Part shown: positions 25,241 through 37,289 of the stretch, one piece after another | Position numbering within the stretch: position 1 is the stretch's first letter | Layout of the letters: each line of letters opens with the position of its first letter | Source of the DNA: Lama glama | Lineage: Eukaryota | Assembly: GCA_028534125.1 (NCBI GenBank) | Contig: CM052816.1 | Location: forward strand, 35,776,001-35,840,000 | Direction: 5' to 3' | DNA: 64,000 nucleotides | Translations under genes and position numbers: made by a program | Notes under the pieces: model-generated | The model's input: only the letters and a program-made list of their open reading frames with translations | Told to the model about the DNA's origin: nothing | Databases searched by the model: none

Positions 25241-26074
25241 CAGCAACAGTTCACAGCAGGTATGGTGGGTGAAGGTGGACTCTCTGGGCTGGGTCATCAG
25301 GACCTGCCTGGCTCCCTGCTTCTCTACATGTACTTTGGCTGAGACCGCTAGCCCTCCTTGGGCTCCAGGACTACACCTAAGTAACCTGGGGGCAACGGAG
25401 AGCTCTGATGAGGGCAGTTGCTCATTCATCGTTTCAGTCCTGGTTAGTTGAAATTTGGTTGATGGCCTTTGCAATCAAACCTCTCTACAGTAAAGTTACA
25501 GACTAGTCAGGGAGACTGGATCCTGCCTGGTATCCAAGGCTCTGCCTTGCTCTCGCCAGTCCTCTCCCTGCTGTCCTCAGTCAGGCACCACAGCAAGAGT
25601 GCTGTGGAAATAACTGACCAGGGGGCAGGCTATGATGAGAAACCAGGGAAGTTGAGACAGGGTGAGACACGTGGAAAGTCAAATCGCAACAGGAAGACCA
25701 GAAAGATGATGAGCTTTTACAGTGAAAAAGTGGAAGAAGGAGAAGGGTAATGTGATACCGCGCCTGACTATAAAATGCAGAAGTTTGTTTGTTAAGCCTT
25801 GTTTGTGCTGTCACTAACAAGAATGGTGATTAGTTGTGCCAATCAAAATTTCAAGCAGACAGAAAGGCGTTGTGTCTCTAGCCCAAATGTTGACATAATC
25901 ATATAATAATCTGGGATCAAGAATCCCAGAAATTCTTAATCCTCCACCTCAAATAGCTTCCAAATGTCCACGGGGTGCAGAAAAATATTAGCGGGGTCAG
26001 GTGACCACAGGAAAGTGATTGTGACAGCTGCAGGTCTTAGCTTTTCCTTAGTGAAACAATGGTTTTTAGACAAT

Positions 26075-26633
26075 GTCTTTCCAATTTGTTTTCAACATTG
26101 CAACCAGAGTGCTCTTTTCAAAACACAAATCTGATCATGTCACCAACCTGCTTAAAACCCTTGAATGGCTTCCCACTGTTCTTGGAATAAAGACCAAATC
26201 CTTAACTAGGAGCTGCACAGCTAGGCCCCTGTGGGGGTTGAGCTTGGGGGTGGGGTCCACCTCTGCGCATGCTCTTCTCTGAGTGTCAGATGCCACCCTC
26301 TCTTCTTGGTTAGTTTTAGCTCAACCTGGTTCTTTAGATCTCAGCTCAAAAAGCCCTTTCTCAGGGAAGCCTTCCTCTGTCTGCACCATCCCCCAGCTTG
26401 AATCTTTTGTTCTTTGCTTTTTAGAGGACTCCATTCTTCCTTTTAAAGCACTTATCTCGGTTTGTGATTATACATTCATCAATGTCATTATTGTTTACTG
26501 CTCCCCCTCCCCCCACTAGCCTCTCAGCTCCATGGGTGAGAAAGGTTTTTTTGTTCATCATCTTGTCCTAGAGCCTAACATTGTGCCTGGCTCATTGGAG
26601 GCCCTCAGGGCCTTTTTTGTTGAATGAATGAAA
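26075..26633 (+). mobile_element. L2 LINE 3' region
   Basis: cagagtgctcttttcaaaacacaaatctgatcatgtcacc...cttaaaacccttgaatggcttcccac...ctcagggaagccttcc...gtgcctggc...tgttgaatgaatgaa. Confidence 0.9.
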
Positions 26634-28199
26634 GGACTGCCTAAACTGTGCTTTCTTTCCAAAATTTTGAATTCTGTAAAGAGAGGAAAGTGTTAACCAG
26701 ACATCAGGACAAAATTCTTACTAATATTTCCTCTGCCTCCATGCAGTGATTTATTTTAAAATGCAGAACCCTATGAGCTCTAATCTGCCTTCATATTATA
26801 TAGAAATCAGTTCATCAAAATAACCCTCTAACTCTACCTGGTATTCTCATTTATTCTCCATTTTCTCTGGAATGAATTTAAGTAGTCCTTCTTAAGATTC
26901 ATCTTCTTTTGGGAACTTGTATAAAGAACATTTTATTTTAGGTTAATTCAGTTGAGGTTTTATTTAAAGGCACCCTAAGTTACAGACACTGACAGGTAAA
27001 TGTTTATGAAAAGATAATATATATACACCCTGTATTTGTGTATGTCTATCAATCCATCTAAAAATACGTGTTTTCATGACTTGAAATAGAAAAGATTGGA
27101 TTTAGGCAAGGAAATCATTACAGTGTCAAAGTTTCCACCCCCAGACTCTTACCCTCTCCAGCTAAATTCTGCAGGGTTTCGTGAAATAAGCAGACAGTCG
27201 TGATTTCCTGATGACGGGCTGAAGGACATGTACTTCCCCTCCTAATGAAATCCTCAAACAGTGAGTCATAATGCCAGCACCACTGTTGTCCAATACTCCA
27301 TCTCTGCCTATTTCTAATCCAAATTCTGAAGAGAGTGTAAGTCTAGATCCAGCCCTTTATATCTCTGCTGTACACTGGAGTGTACATTTCCTTTGCAACT
27401 TCTGGCTCTTTCTTGTATCTTCAGCAGCAAACTGACAGCCACTGGGCAGAAGTGGTCAACTTTAGTGACCATGAAGACAACAGAGAATAAAGAATCCATT
27501 GTCATTTGCTGACTGTGCCATGATGGTTGATGTCTCTTTCAGAAAGCCACAGAAATGGACATTTAATCATTTACTGAGTCATGGTAGAGCCGAAGCCAAG
27601 TAATCTAAGCAACTTTTACTATGACGAGCTATAAATGGCAAAATGTTATAAAAATCTGCTTATTTCCATCTGATACAGAATCCATCGGATACTTCTGCCC
27701 CTCAGAAAAGATAGTTTCTTCAGGTACCTGGGAAGAGGACACAGTCCTTCCTTTCATTCGACAACACCCTCTGGTTACTGTCGTATTTCTCACCATACTT
27801 TCACAGCAAGATTTCTTACAGAATGAGTTTCCTTTTCTTCACCACCTAGTTTTTCCTGAACTCCTTGTTTATCTTCCCACTAAAAAACTAAATCGTTTCT
27901 CACAAAGATCCTATAAACCTACTCCAATAACTTTTATATATTAGTTTCCCAACTTAATCTTAAGGAGTTGGCCACCATCATTCTTCCTGTCCTTTCTAAA
28001 GCTTCTAGTTTTATTGACCCCAGCTTGAACCTGGGGCTTCAGGGACAGGACTCTGAAGAGATTCTCTTCTTTTTCATGAAACGTTTTTCTGGATTTTAGC
28101 TGCCAGGGGCCAAATACCAGCAAACTCCGGGCACAGACTTGTCTTGGTTTCTTCTCTCGTCTTTCAAAAGAGTTCTCATTCATCTTCATATTTTCAACC

Positions 28200-28760
28200 G
28201 TCACCTTTTTCAAGTGTGCCCCCAGATCGGCTTTCCTAGCTCTTAACTCTTTTTCCAGAACCTCAGCCTCACAATTTGATCACCTAGTTGAATATCTCTC
28301 CGTCAGTGACCATCTTGCTAACAGTTTCACATCATAATGTTCTCTGTTTCCCCTTCCCATCCCTCCAAGTCAATATCTTCCACTCAGCTTTCAAGAGACT
28401 TGAAAGCTCATGTTTGTCTTTGACTCCGTCTTCTCACACAATTTCTATGTCCAATCAGTTACTTAAGTTTTCATTACATGCCTGTAATGTCCTCCCTGCT
28501 TCCCATGTCCACTGCCCCCCTAGGATCCAAGATCTTTCACGTCATGTCCAGATTTTGGTAATAAGATTCCAACTGGTTTCCCAAGATCTCCTCCCCAATC
28601 CATCCTGCACCCTGCTGTGAGAAGAATCATTTCACCACTTGAAATCATAATTGTCTATAAGAAAAATTTCAAATATCCAGGTGTGACAGGAAAACACCTT
28701 TAAATGTTAACTATAGGGAATCTCCCCAGCTGTTTTCCCCTACCCTACTCTGCAAAGATA
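28200..28760 (+). mobile_element. L2 LINE fragment
   Basis: tctttgactccgtcttctc...tccaatcagttacttaag...ccaactggtttccc...ccaatccatcctgcaccctgctg. Confidence 0.6.
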
Positions 28761-29579
28761 GCCCAGCCTTTCAGCTCTCTTCTTCCTTAGAGGGAAATTT
28801 ATATTAACCGGTACCTTGCTAAGGCACTGCCTTAAAACCTGAGTTCCCTGAAGACTTTGAATGTAGCTAGAGGAGAGAGAGGGTGATTATTTCAGATTCA
28901 GAAGAGGGCTTAGAGATGGCTGAGATAGAGAATTGAGTGTGTCTTTTATGGTAAGGTCCCCCCAAAAAGGCATGACTTCAGAAGCAATGGCTTTACTGTC
29001 TATCCAAGGGGTGAGACCATTTACAGTGCCTTAGCAAAGACTCCTATATGCTGCTGTCTCTGAAAGCAGCAGAGTCATAAGACTGGAAGGGGCTATTATG
29101 GGCTCAGTAAATAAGAATGGTCAGCATCTTCAGACTGGAATAGACAATAGCAATCTAATCCCTTTTTTTCTGGGATCCAGGTAAGCTTCCTAGATTCTGG
29201 TGTAATCTTGGAATGGGGGACAGCAAATTAGTGGTGAACTGACTGGGCTGCCCTCCAGTTTCTGGTTATCTGGTTAGACGTCGTCTGGAAGTTGTATGGG
29301 GCATCTCGTTGGCCATCCACTGAGCAGTGCTCTGCTAGGATCTCTAGAAAAATACACACTCTGTGCCTGAAAGCACATCTTTTTAACTTACCAAGAGCAT
29401 TCCCCAGTATTTCCTTCATCCAAAGTTCCTACTGTACATCTGAGTTGAGACACTCTATCAGTCATACCATATGTGAGTGCTTGCTAAAGCCAAAAGATGA
29501 CCCTGTCATTTCCTTTACATTTCAATTCAAAGCTGAAAAACATCCTTCCTGTTAACTCCTATTAGCATCTCTGCATGTA

Positions 29580-29770
29580 GCTGGATAAATATTATCATTA
29601 CACATTGATCCTATTTAGCTTATGTGTATGTGCTTTGAATGACTCCTAAGTGACGTGCATCTTGAGGACTGGAATTGTGTCTTCTGTACCTTTCCTTCTC
29701 TAGCCATCTCATTATACCTTGTATTTAAGTGCTCAGTGGAAACCTGTTGAGCTGAAGTGAATGGAGCTGA
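29580..29770 (+). mobile_element. L2 3' end (degenerate)
   Basis: catcttgaggactggaattgtgtcttc...aagtgctcagtggaaacctgttgagctgaagtgaa. Confidence 0.5.
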
Positions 29771-31725
29771 ACTCTTGAATTGACAACTGTGCATCTCAGT
29801 GGTTTTATGTAGCTCTAATGCAGTTGGACATCTCAGGCCCTCTTAGTTCAAGAACTCTATTGGCTCTCCGTCTCCCTAGAAGCACAAAGAGTGTTGATAG
29901 CCTCAAAGGGCTCAGAAAGCAGCAGGAGCAGAAGCCACACAACCAGGTTTTTTTTTTTATTCGTAAGTAGGCGCTATTGATTGTTTGATCTGACATAAAA
30001 TACAGGTTTTAAGGTAGTTCCCTGCTAGATTTAGTTCATTTTTATTTGTGCAACATGAAAGCTTTCCAAGAATGTTCATTTAGAATATGGAAAGATTTAT
30101 TAGGTATGTATGTGTTAGTGTCAGAAAAATTAAATTTCCAAGAAAATCATTCATTATGTAATATGGGAAAAGAACGACTCTAAAGACAAAAGTCAACTGT
30201 ATTTGAACGAATTACCCATTCATGTTGGGCTCTGTCTCCCTATTCTTTATTAAAAATTTATCAATTTCTTAGAAGGAAAACCTACTATACAGTGACTCTA
30301 TATCAATATTTAATGTAACAGTGCCTGGAGCAGTGGATTGCCTTTCTTACTGTGAAAATGGGAAAGGAAATTAAGAATCTACCCTATTTACTAATGGCCA
30401 GACCCTCAGATAAATTATAATTTTGTTATTGTTCTTTACATCCTGAGAGTGATAGTGATCAGGTTCTTTGTGTTCATTGATACGTGCTTGCTAGTTTCAT
30501 TTTGTCAGGCTTAACTGCAGTGCTTAGTGTTATTGATCAGTCTGGAAAGTGCTAGGATGCCCATAGAACACTCCTGTGGTTACATGACTTGGCTCTACCT
30601 TGTCAAAAATTTTGACTAACTGGTCTTCCCTGTTGGGTCCCTGAGATATCCACTGTCTCCCTATGTTCTCTGAGGGTGACCCCTAATGTACTAATATTCA
30701 TAGCACAGTAGCAAAATTCCCAGCAGATTTTTGCTTTCATTTTTACGTCTGCTACATTCAGGAAAAGCTTAAAACATTCCTAACAATTGACAGTCCCCTT
30801 GTTATTTCTCTGCTGCTTGCCTTCTACCTTTCAGTGTAAGATGTGGTGATTCTGCTGCTGCCTATATAACATCAAGTTTACCTGACACAAAAGACAGGAC
30901 ATTTATAAAGTAAGAACAGGAAAAAGTGTGTATAGAGTTATATAGTTCAGGCCACGGCTATATTGTATCATTTGGGGTGGTCAAGCAGGGGGAGGAAGAT
31001 CTTGCCTTTGTTGCTGTTGGCTTTCCTTCTAGGTTACCTGACAGCACAGACATGAGAAAGCTGTTCTTATCAGGCAGTCAGACCTGAAGTGTCTTCACTT
31101 AGCCACTGAGTCCGAATAGAAACGATTCTAGAACAACTCCATGGTATAAAAGTTCCCAAGATCTTCCCTTGCAGAAGCATCGCCTTAAAGTGTTCCTTAA
31201 GAGACGTTTCTCTGGTACTTAACACTGTACTCTCTCATTAGCAGAAATGCACAAGCGAATGATGCTGCTCCATGGACTTGAATGTGGTTAGAACAGATAA
31301 AATTCAGTACATGGAAAAGTACCTTGGTAACAAACCAATTAGGCCATTAAATGCATTTGGAGAATCTATCTCTGAAAAAGCAATTCAGCCACAGATTCTA
31401 TTAAAATAGCTTTCAACCCTGGCATTTCCTGTTGCTTTAAGACCACTTTATTTTGGACCACATATTATCATTGCCAACCAAATGAATCAGGACCAAGAAA
31501 TTACCTCTTCATAACAGGACAGTTCACCACAAAATGCATAGATGGTATCCTCAGCTTTCATCTCTAGACCATTCTCTTGCCCAGATTTCTGTGGTGAGTG
31601 GGTTTGAAGTCAGTTGGCTAGATGCAGAATGGAGAACACTCATTAGTCATCCTTATAGAAATAAACTTCTGATGATACATTGTTTTTCCAAGCAGAGCAA
31701 TGCTTTCAAATGCGTAATAATTGGA

Positions 31726-31792
31726 GATATGTATATAAGTATGAATATATATATTCATATATATGTGCATATATGCATACATATATATATAA
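31726..31792. repeat. (TA)-rich low-complexity repeat with perfect palindromes
   Basis: Contains tatgaatatatattcata (31740-31757, 18-bp perfect palindrome) and tgcatatatgca. Confidence 0.85.
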
Positions 31793-31994
31793 AATAACTG
31801 GTTATATAAATGTAGATATAGTGTGAATAATCCTTGAGTTGTGTATAGCAATATATTGAGAACATACTTTGGAGCCTACATTGAGAGGTATGATGTTTCC
31901 ATTGCGTATAGAAAACATGCATTCATTCTTCTTCCTTTGATAGCATGGTTATTTTCAAGGTTTTCTCAGGTCATGTAATTTGGATGAAGTAGAG

Positions 31995-32345
31995 TACGGT
32001 CCAGCTTCAAGAGTGGGCATGTGACCTAGGCTGATCACCTAGATTATTACATCTCCATAGATTTGATTTAGAGATGGGCTTATGATCCTGTCATTGACAG
32101 TGAGACTTAATTCTAGGATGTTAGAGTAACTTTTGGGGAAAAAAACTCCCTAGCTGCTGGTAGCCGTCTTGATTCCAGGAGTAGAGAGATAACATAAGAA
32201 TGGAGCCAACACTGAGGATGGGAGAGCCAAGAGGTGAAGAAAACCAGTGGCTCTGATGGTATAGATTGTAGTCAGGTGAACTTATAAATTATCTCTTTTG
32301 CTTATTCTAATTTAAATTGAAATTCTGCCTTTTGAAACCAAAGTA
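31995..32345 (+). mobile_element. MaLR LTR relic (MLT1J/K/L-like)
   Basis: gggcatgtgacctaggctg...tgagacttaattctagga...gctgctggtagcc...gaatggagccaacactgagga...agagccaagag. Confidence 0.7.
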
Positions 32346-32369
32346 GAATTGAATAATAATACATGAGTT

Positions 32370-32930
32370 TACTAATCGGGTAGGTCAAAGAAATGCTGTG
32401 CACACAATGTGTTAGTATTTCAGCAAGGAATCTGACAGTGTTCCTCATGAAATCTTTGTGGATAATATGCAGAAATGTGGAGTGGATGCAAGTACAGTCA
32501 GATGACTTCATCAATAATTGAAGAGTCATGTCCAAGAATGCTAATTCCATGTCAACCTGAAGGAAATTTTATAGTGATGTGCCTCAGGGTTCTTCCCTGG
32601 CCCTGTCCTTTTTGACATATTTATCAAAGGTATGGATGAGCACACTGATGGCCTTCCTATAAAATTCTATGGATGACAAGATGATTGGAGCACTAGATAG
32701 TATGTTGGATAACAGAAATCAATTTCTAAAACTCATCATAAGCTAGAGCTTCAGAATGGAATTTTAAGAAGAACAGATATAAAATATTTGAGTTAGATCC
32801 AAAAACTAATTATATAAGTAACTGGGTAACACTAGAAGCTCAGTTAAGTGTAATTTCAAAATGAATCAGCAATGTGATACAGCTGCCTACATAAATAAAT
32901 AAAGCTATATTAGATTACATAAATGGGATG
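32370..32930 (+). mobile_element. L3/CR1 LINE reverse-transcriptase domain relic
   Basis: From 32416 it reads YFSKESDSVPH (cf. DFSKAFDxVPH). From 32576 it reads DVPQGS, then after a frameshift GPVLFDIFIKGMDE (cf. GVPQGSxLGPxLFxIFINDLD). A KF..DD-like segment lies near 32660. Confidence 0.85.
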
Positions 32931-33544
32931 CATTGGTGATGGAGGCAGATGTCATATTGAACAAATGATAGTTAGGCAGGTAGAACAGGACATAGAGCCA
33001 AAGGAACTGAAGTTTTCAAATATTTCAACCTGAATATCTAATGGTCTGCCCCAATGTGCCAAATCATGTAAAGAGGAAAGGGTTTTTTTCCCCCTCTGGG
33101 AGAAGAATTAAGTTAAGCTACATAATAAAGTGGAAAAGGAGGACCTGTAAAGGAAGAGACAGAAAAGCCAGTGGGCACAAATCAAGAAAGAGTTTGGGGT
33201 TGTTTAAATACAGAGGGGCTCCAGGGCACTTTTAAGGTGTGAGAGAATAGAGAGAAGAGAAAGAGATTTAATTTGGATTATAGTAATCACTAAAGAATGA
33301 ACCCAAAAATGTATCTTTACCATAATTACCCAGCTTTTGGTATAACGAGTCCCTGGCTTTCTAAGTGTTACCTAAGACTTTTCATATATTTCCTTTTTAG
33401 CCAGGTTCTGCCTCCCTCCCCTTCCTCACCCCAGAAAGTTAAAAGCCTTATGGAAAAACCTACCACATTCCTAACCAAGAAGATATGACAGTGGGTTTCA
33501 TAACCAGAGTATGATTGGGTCTGGAAATACAGAAAGCTAATTTC

Positions 33545-35520
33545 TTTGAATGCTACTGATCAACATAGTACTGGAGGTTTTGGCCAATGCAGTCAGACAA
33601 TAAATTGAAATAAGAGGGATAAATTTTGGAAGGGAGAAAACAGAATTACCATAGTTTGTAGATTATATAATAATTTACATAAAAATACAAGAGGACTAAT
33701 AAACTATAAGAAGTAATAAGGGAGTTCAAGGTCAGCAAGGTTGAGAAATAAAGTATCATTAAACAAAGACAAATAACATTCTTTAACACCAGCAATAACC
33801 AACTAGAAAATATAACAGGAAACAATACATCATTTACAGTAACACAAAAGCTAACAACTACCTAGGAGTTCATCTAATGAAGATCTTTATAGAGAGGAGA
33901 AAAGATTTGAATAAATGGAAAGTCACCTCATGTAAATGGATTGGTATCTTTATAATTTTAAGATACGGATTCCAAAAATTGATCTGTAAAGTCAACACAA
34001 TTGCAATAAAAATTCCAGCAGAATATTTCGCAAGAACTGGATAAACTGCTTCTAAGATTAATGTGAAACAATAAAGGTCTATAAACAACTAAGGCAATTT
34101 TGAAAAGGAAGAACAAATAAGGAGCAAGACCTAAAAGTTATTAAGAAATATTATAGATATTAAGAAAAACTGTAATAATTAAAACAATATGTCACTAGGG
34201 AAAGAATAAATGATAAATAAATAATAGAGTTATGAAATAGACCCTACAGGAGAACCTTGGGACCTCAAGGCAGAAAAGATGTATTAAAATAGACTCTCAA
34301 AGTAAAACTCCTAAAAACAGTAAGGATGGAATTTGAATACATCACAATAATTCAAGGTTCCTATTGAACAAGTGACACTACACACAATATCAAAAAGTGA
34401 CACACAGGCTGGAAGATCTTCCTAGCATCTATAATAGGTAAACATTAACTTCTAGAGTATATAAGGAATTCTCAATAATCTGCAAGGAAAAACCAGAAGC
34501 CCAGCAGAAAAATTGGTCAAAGGGTATGAATAGGCAATTCACTGAAAAACTAATGATGCTAAGCCGTTTGAATATATGGCCAATTTCACAATGAGAGAAG
34601 TATTAATTAAGACTATCAGGAGATAGCACTGGGTACATTCATATTGGTAAAATTTAAGGCACTATTGACCTGCTAACAAGAGTCTGGGGAAATAGGAACC
34701 CTCTTTCACAACAGGTAGGAGCAGAATCTGGTGTATTCATTTTGGATTGCAATTTGGCAGGATTTTGTAACACTAAATATGTGGAAATGCTGTGATTCAG
34801 GGACTCTAGTCCTAGTACAGTGATGTACATGGGGACATGCAAGGAAGAATACTGCACCACTGTTTCTGGCAGTGGGAGTTGGGAGCGATGTGTGTCCCTC
34901 TCTAGGGGAATAGGTGAATGTGATAGAGTACTTGTCTAAGATGGAATGATATGCAGCAATCAAAATAAATGAATTAGATCTTTATGTAGTAAGACGGCTG
35001 ATCTCACATGATATATACAAACAGGGAGTGGAGGAAAAGGGAAATGGGGAGTTACTAATTAACAGGCATAGTTTTAGTTAAGCAAGATGAATAAGCTCTA
35101 GAGAACTGTTGTACAATGCTATACCTGTAATCTACAATAGTACATTAATTTGTATTAATTGTTAAGAAGGTGAACCTCGTTTAAGTATTCTTACCACAAC
35201 AAAATAAAATAGAAACATACTGCTAAATTAAACAAATGAAAGGTATAACACACTAACAATTGTGTAAATGTCGGAAAATTTCACACGTATCAAACAATAT
35301 TTTTACAGATATACCTATATACACATAAACAACTGTACAGAAGGTAGACTGAAAGAATCCACATTGCAAACAAAGAATAGGGAAGTGAAGTCAGGGATGC
35401 AGATGAAAGAGGAAAATGTATTAAGAGGAGGGGCCTCACATAGACCAATTAAGTGGTATGAACTAAAGAGAATTAATTCAATTCTGAACAGGCGAAGATC
35501 CAAAAAACTGGGGAGATAGG
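33545..35520 (+). mobile_element. Old L1 (L1ME/L1MD-like), sense strand: ORF2 C-terminal part plus 3' UTR
   Basis: caacatagtactggaggttttggccaatgcagtcagacaa (NIVLEVLANAVRQ), aataaatggaaa...tcatg, ggcaattttgaaaaggaagaacaaa, tatgaataggcaattcac. Confidence 0.85.
35015..35212 (+). mobile_element. Younger L1 (L1MA/L1MB-like) 3' tail nested in the older L1
   Basis: gggaaatggggagttactaattaac...gttaagcaagatgaataagctctagaga...gttaagaaggtgaacctc...ttcttaccacaacaaaataaaa interrupts the host 3' UTR. Confidence 0.75.
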
Positions 35521-35859
35521 GGAAGGGAAAGTTGAGAAAAAAAAAAAAAAAGACTGTTTATACCAACAAGATTTCCTTCTCCCTAAAACATTTAAACGGG
35601 GTTTCATTACCAAATTTCAGGCAATAGCTACTTTTAAATGATCTATAGAGGAAATATTCTTTTGTTCTTGAGGTCCTGAAGTTCAGACTGTCTGCATATC
35701 AAAAGAAATCAATGTAACTTATAAATTATGCATTCTTTTCTTCTTTTCATATGTCTGTCCATCTAGTTATATCCTAAGGCATTGTCATCCATACTGTGTC
35801 ATAGTATATACAACATTTTCATGTGAACTATACCATTTGATTTTCACAAAGATACATGA

Positions 35860-36035
35860 TACTTTTATATAAAGGTGAGACAGGTATTATTATTTTTGTT
35901 GTTATTGTTATGTTGATTTCCCCTTTTATAGATCGTGAATGCTCACATTTTGCCCAAGTTGTCACATCAGCAGAAAGGACCAGAGTCGGATTGAATCCAG
36001 ATCATATGATGTAAAATCTCATCATCTTGCCATTG
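35860..36035 (-). mobile_element. MIR SINE
   Basis: ccccttttatagat...ttgcccaagttgtcaca...cagagtcggattgaatccagatc. Confidence 0.65.
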
Positions 36036-36614
36036 AATTCATTCCCCATGGATGAATGCACCCAATACATTATTTTCGTTAATAATGGAAACACTTCTGA
36101 GAGGGAGGAATTATTACAGAATGAGGAAACTGTTTTCACCCCAGATCAGGCAATAGCTGTGGCAGGAGCCAGGACTCAAACTCTGCTTCTGTGTATTAAT
36201 CAACAAAAGCCCAACACTGAATCAACATCAGACCAATGGAAGCAAATGTTTAAAAATTTACTAGCAGTTCTGAGTCCTACAGGCAGCCAACTGAGTCTTA
36301 AAGGCTCTTGAAATCTCTAAAACTCGGCTATGGTTTGCAGGGAAATGCTGCAGGCAGAGGAGCCAGGCTCACTGGCAGAGTTACCTCCAGGTCCATCTGT
36401 TATAGGCCAGCCACCTCTCTGCTCTGAGAGCCTGGAATCAAGGAAGGATGATGTTTTCCCTGTATTGTGATTGACCAAATCTAATGGACAGGCAGGAGTT
36501 TAGACAGAAGATGTACACTAGTTCCTCTTAACTTAAGACCTGGGTCAGTGAAAGCTCCTGAATAGATCTTAATTCCTAAAACAGTTGTGGAAGGTCTGTA
36601 GTCAAACTCAGGGA

Positions 36615-36936
36615 CTGTGGTTCTCAGCCCTAGCTGGACATTAGAATTGCCTGAAGAACTTAGAAAAACACTGATGCCTTTACCTAGTAAACCACTTAAA
36701 TCGGAATTTCTGAGAATAGATCCCATGTATCTGAAGTTTGTTTAAAATCTCCCTGGATATCGATGAAAATGTTCTGAAATCGGATAGTGCTGATGGCTGT
36801 ACAACTTCGGGAATAAATAAGAACCACTGAGTTGTACACTTTAAAGGGGTAATTTTTTTAGTATGCCAATTATACCTCAATTAAGAAAAATTCTTTCCCA
36901 AGTTACTCTAGTATCAGCCTGGGCTAAGAACCACTG
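36615..36936. mobile_element. MER5-family element split by an L1 3' fragment
   Basis: Left TIR ctgtggttctcagcc and right TIR gggctaagaaccactg. The body is interrupted at about 36760-36890. Confidence 0.75.
36760..36890 (+). mobile_element. Short L1 (L1MB-like) 3' end with A-tail
   Basis: gatgaaaatgttctgaaatcggatagtgctgatggctgtacaac...accactgagttgtacactttaaa...attatacctcaattaagaaaaa. Confidence 0.85.
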
Positions 36937-36946
36937 TGAGACTGGA

Positions 36947-37114
36947 CAGCATTTCCCAATCTGGGCAGCACCCTGGAATCTTCTAGGAAGCTTTAAAAAT
37001 ACCTAGTAATGACTGCCGTAGACTATGATGTTATGGTCTGGTAATAATCTGGGCATTGGGAGTTTAAAAACCTCCTTAGGTGATTGTAGTTTGCAGTTGG
37101 GGTTGAGACTGCTG
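36947..37114. mobile_element. MER5B-like element
   Basis: cagcatttcccaatctggg...gaatcttctaggaagctttaaaaatac...ctgggcattggga...aggtgattgtag...ggggttgagactgctg. Confidence 0.7.
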
Positions 37115-37122
37115 GTCTAGAA

Positions 37123-37289
37123 CAGTGGCCCTCAACGTGTGCTCCCCAGATGAGCACCTGGGAACTTTGAGAAATGCAGGTTCTTCGTCCCACCTGAAAC
37201 CTACTGCATCAGAAACTAGGGGAGGGTGGTCCAGCAAACTGTTCTAACAAGTCCTTCAGGTGATGCAGGCTGCAGGTTGAGAACCACTG
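37123..37289 (+). mobile_element. MER5A
   Basis: cagtggccctcaacgtgtg...cacctgggaactttgagaaatgcag...cctactgcatcagaaact...ttgagaaccactg. The flanks gtctagaa and ctctagca resemble a decayed 8-bp TSD. Confidence 0.88.

Noticed and set aside
27941..28213. Charged, coiled-coil-looking 90-aa minus-strand ORF
   Set aside because: The K/E/R richness comes from reading the complement of pyrimidine-rich sequence adjoining an L2 relic. There is no ATG start or splice support.
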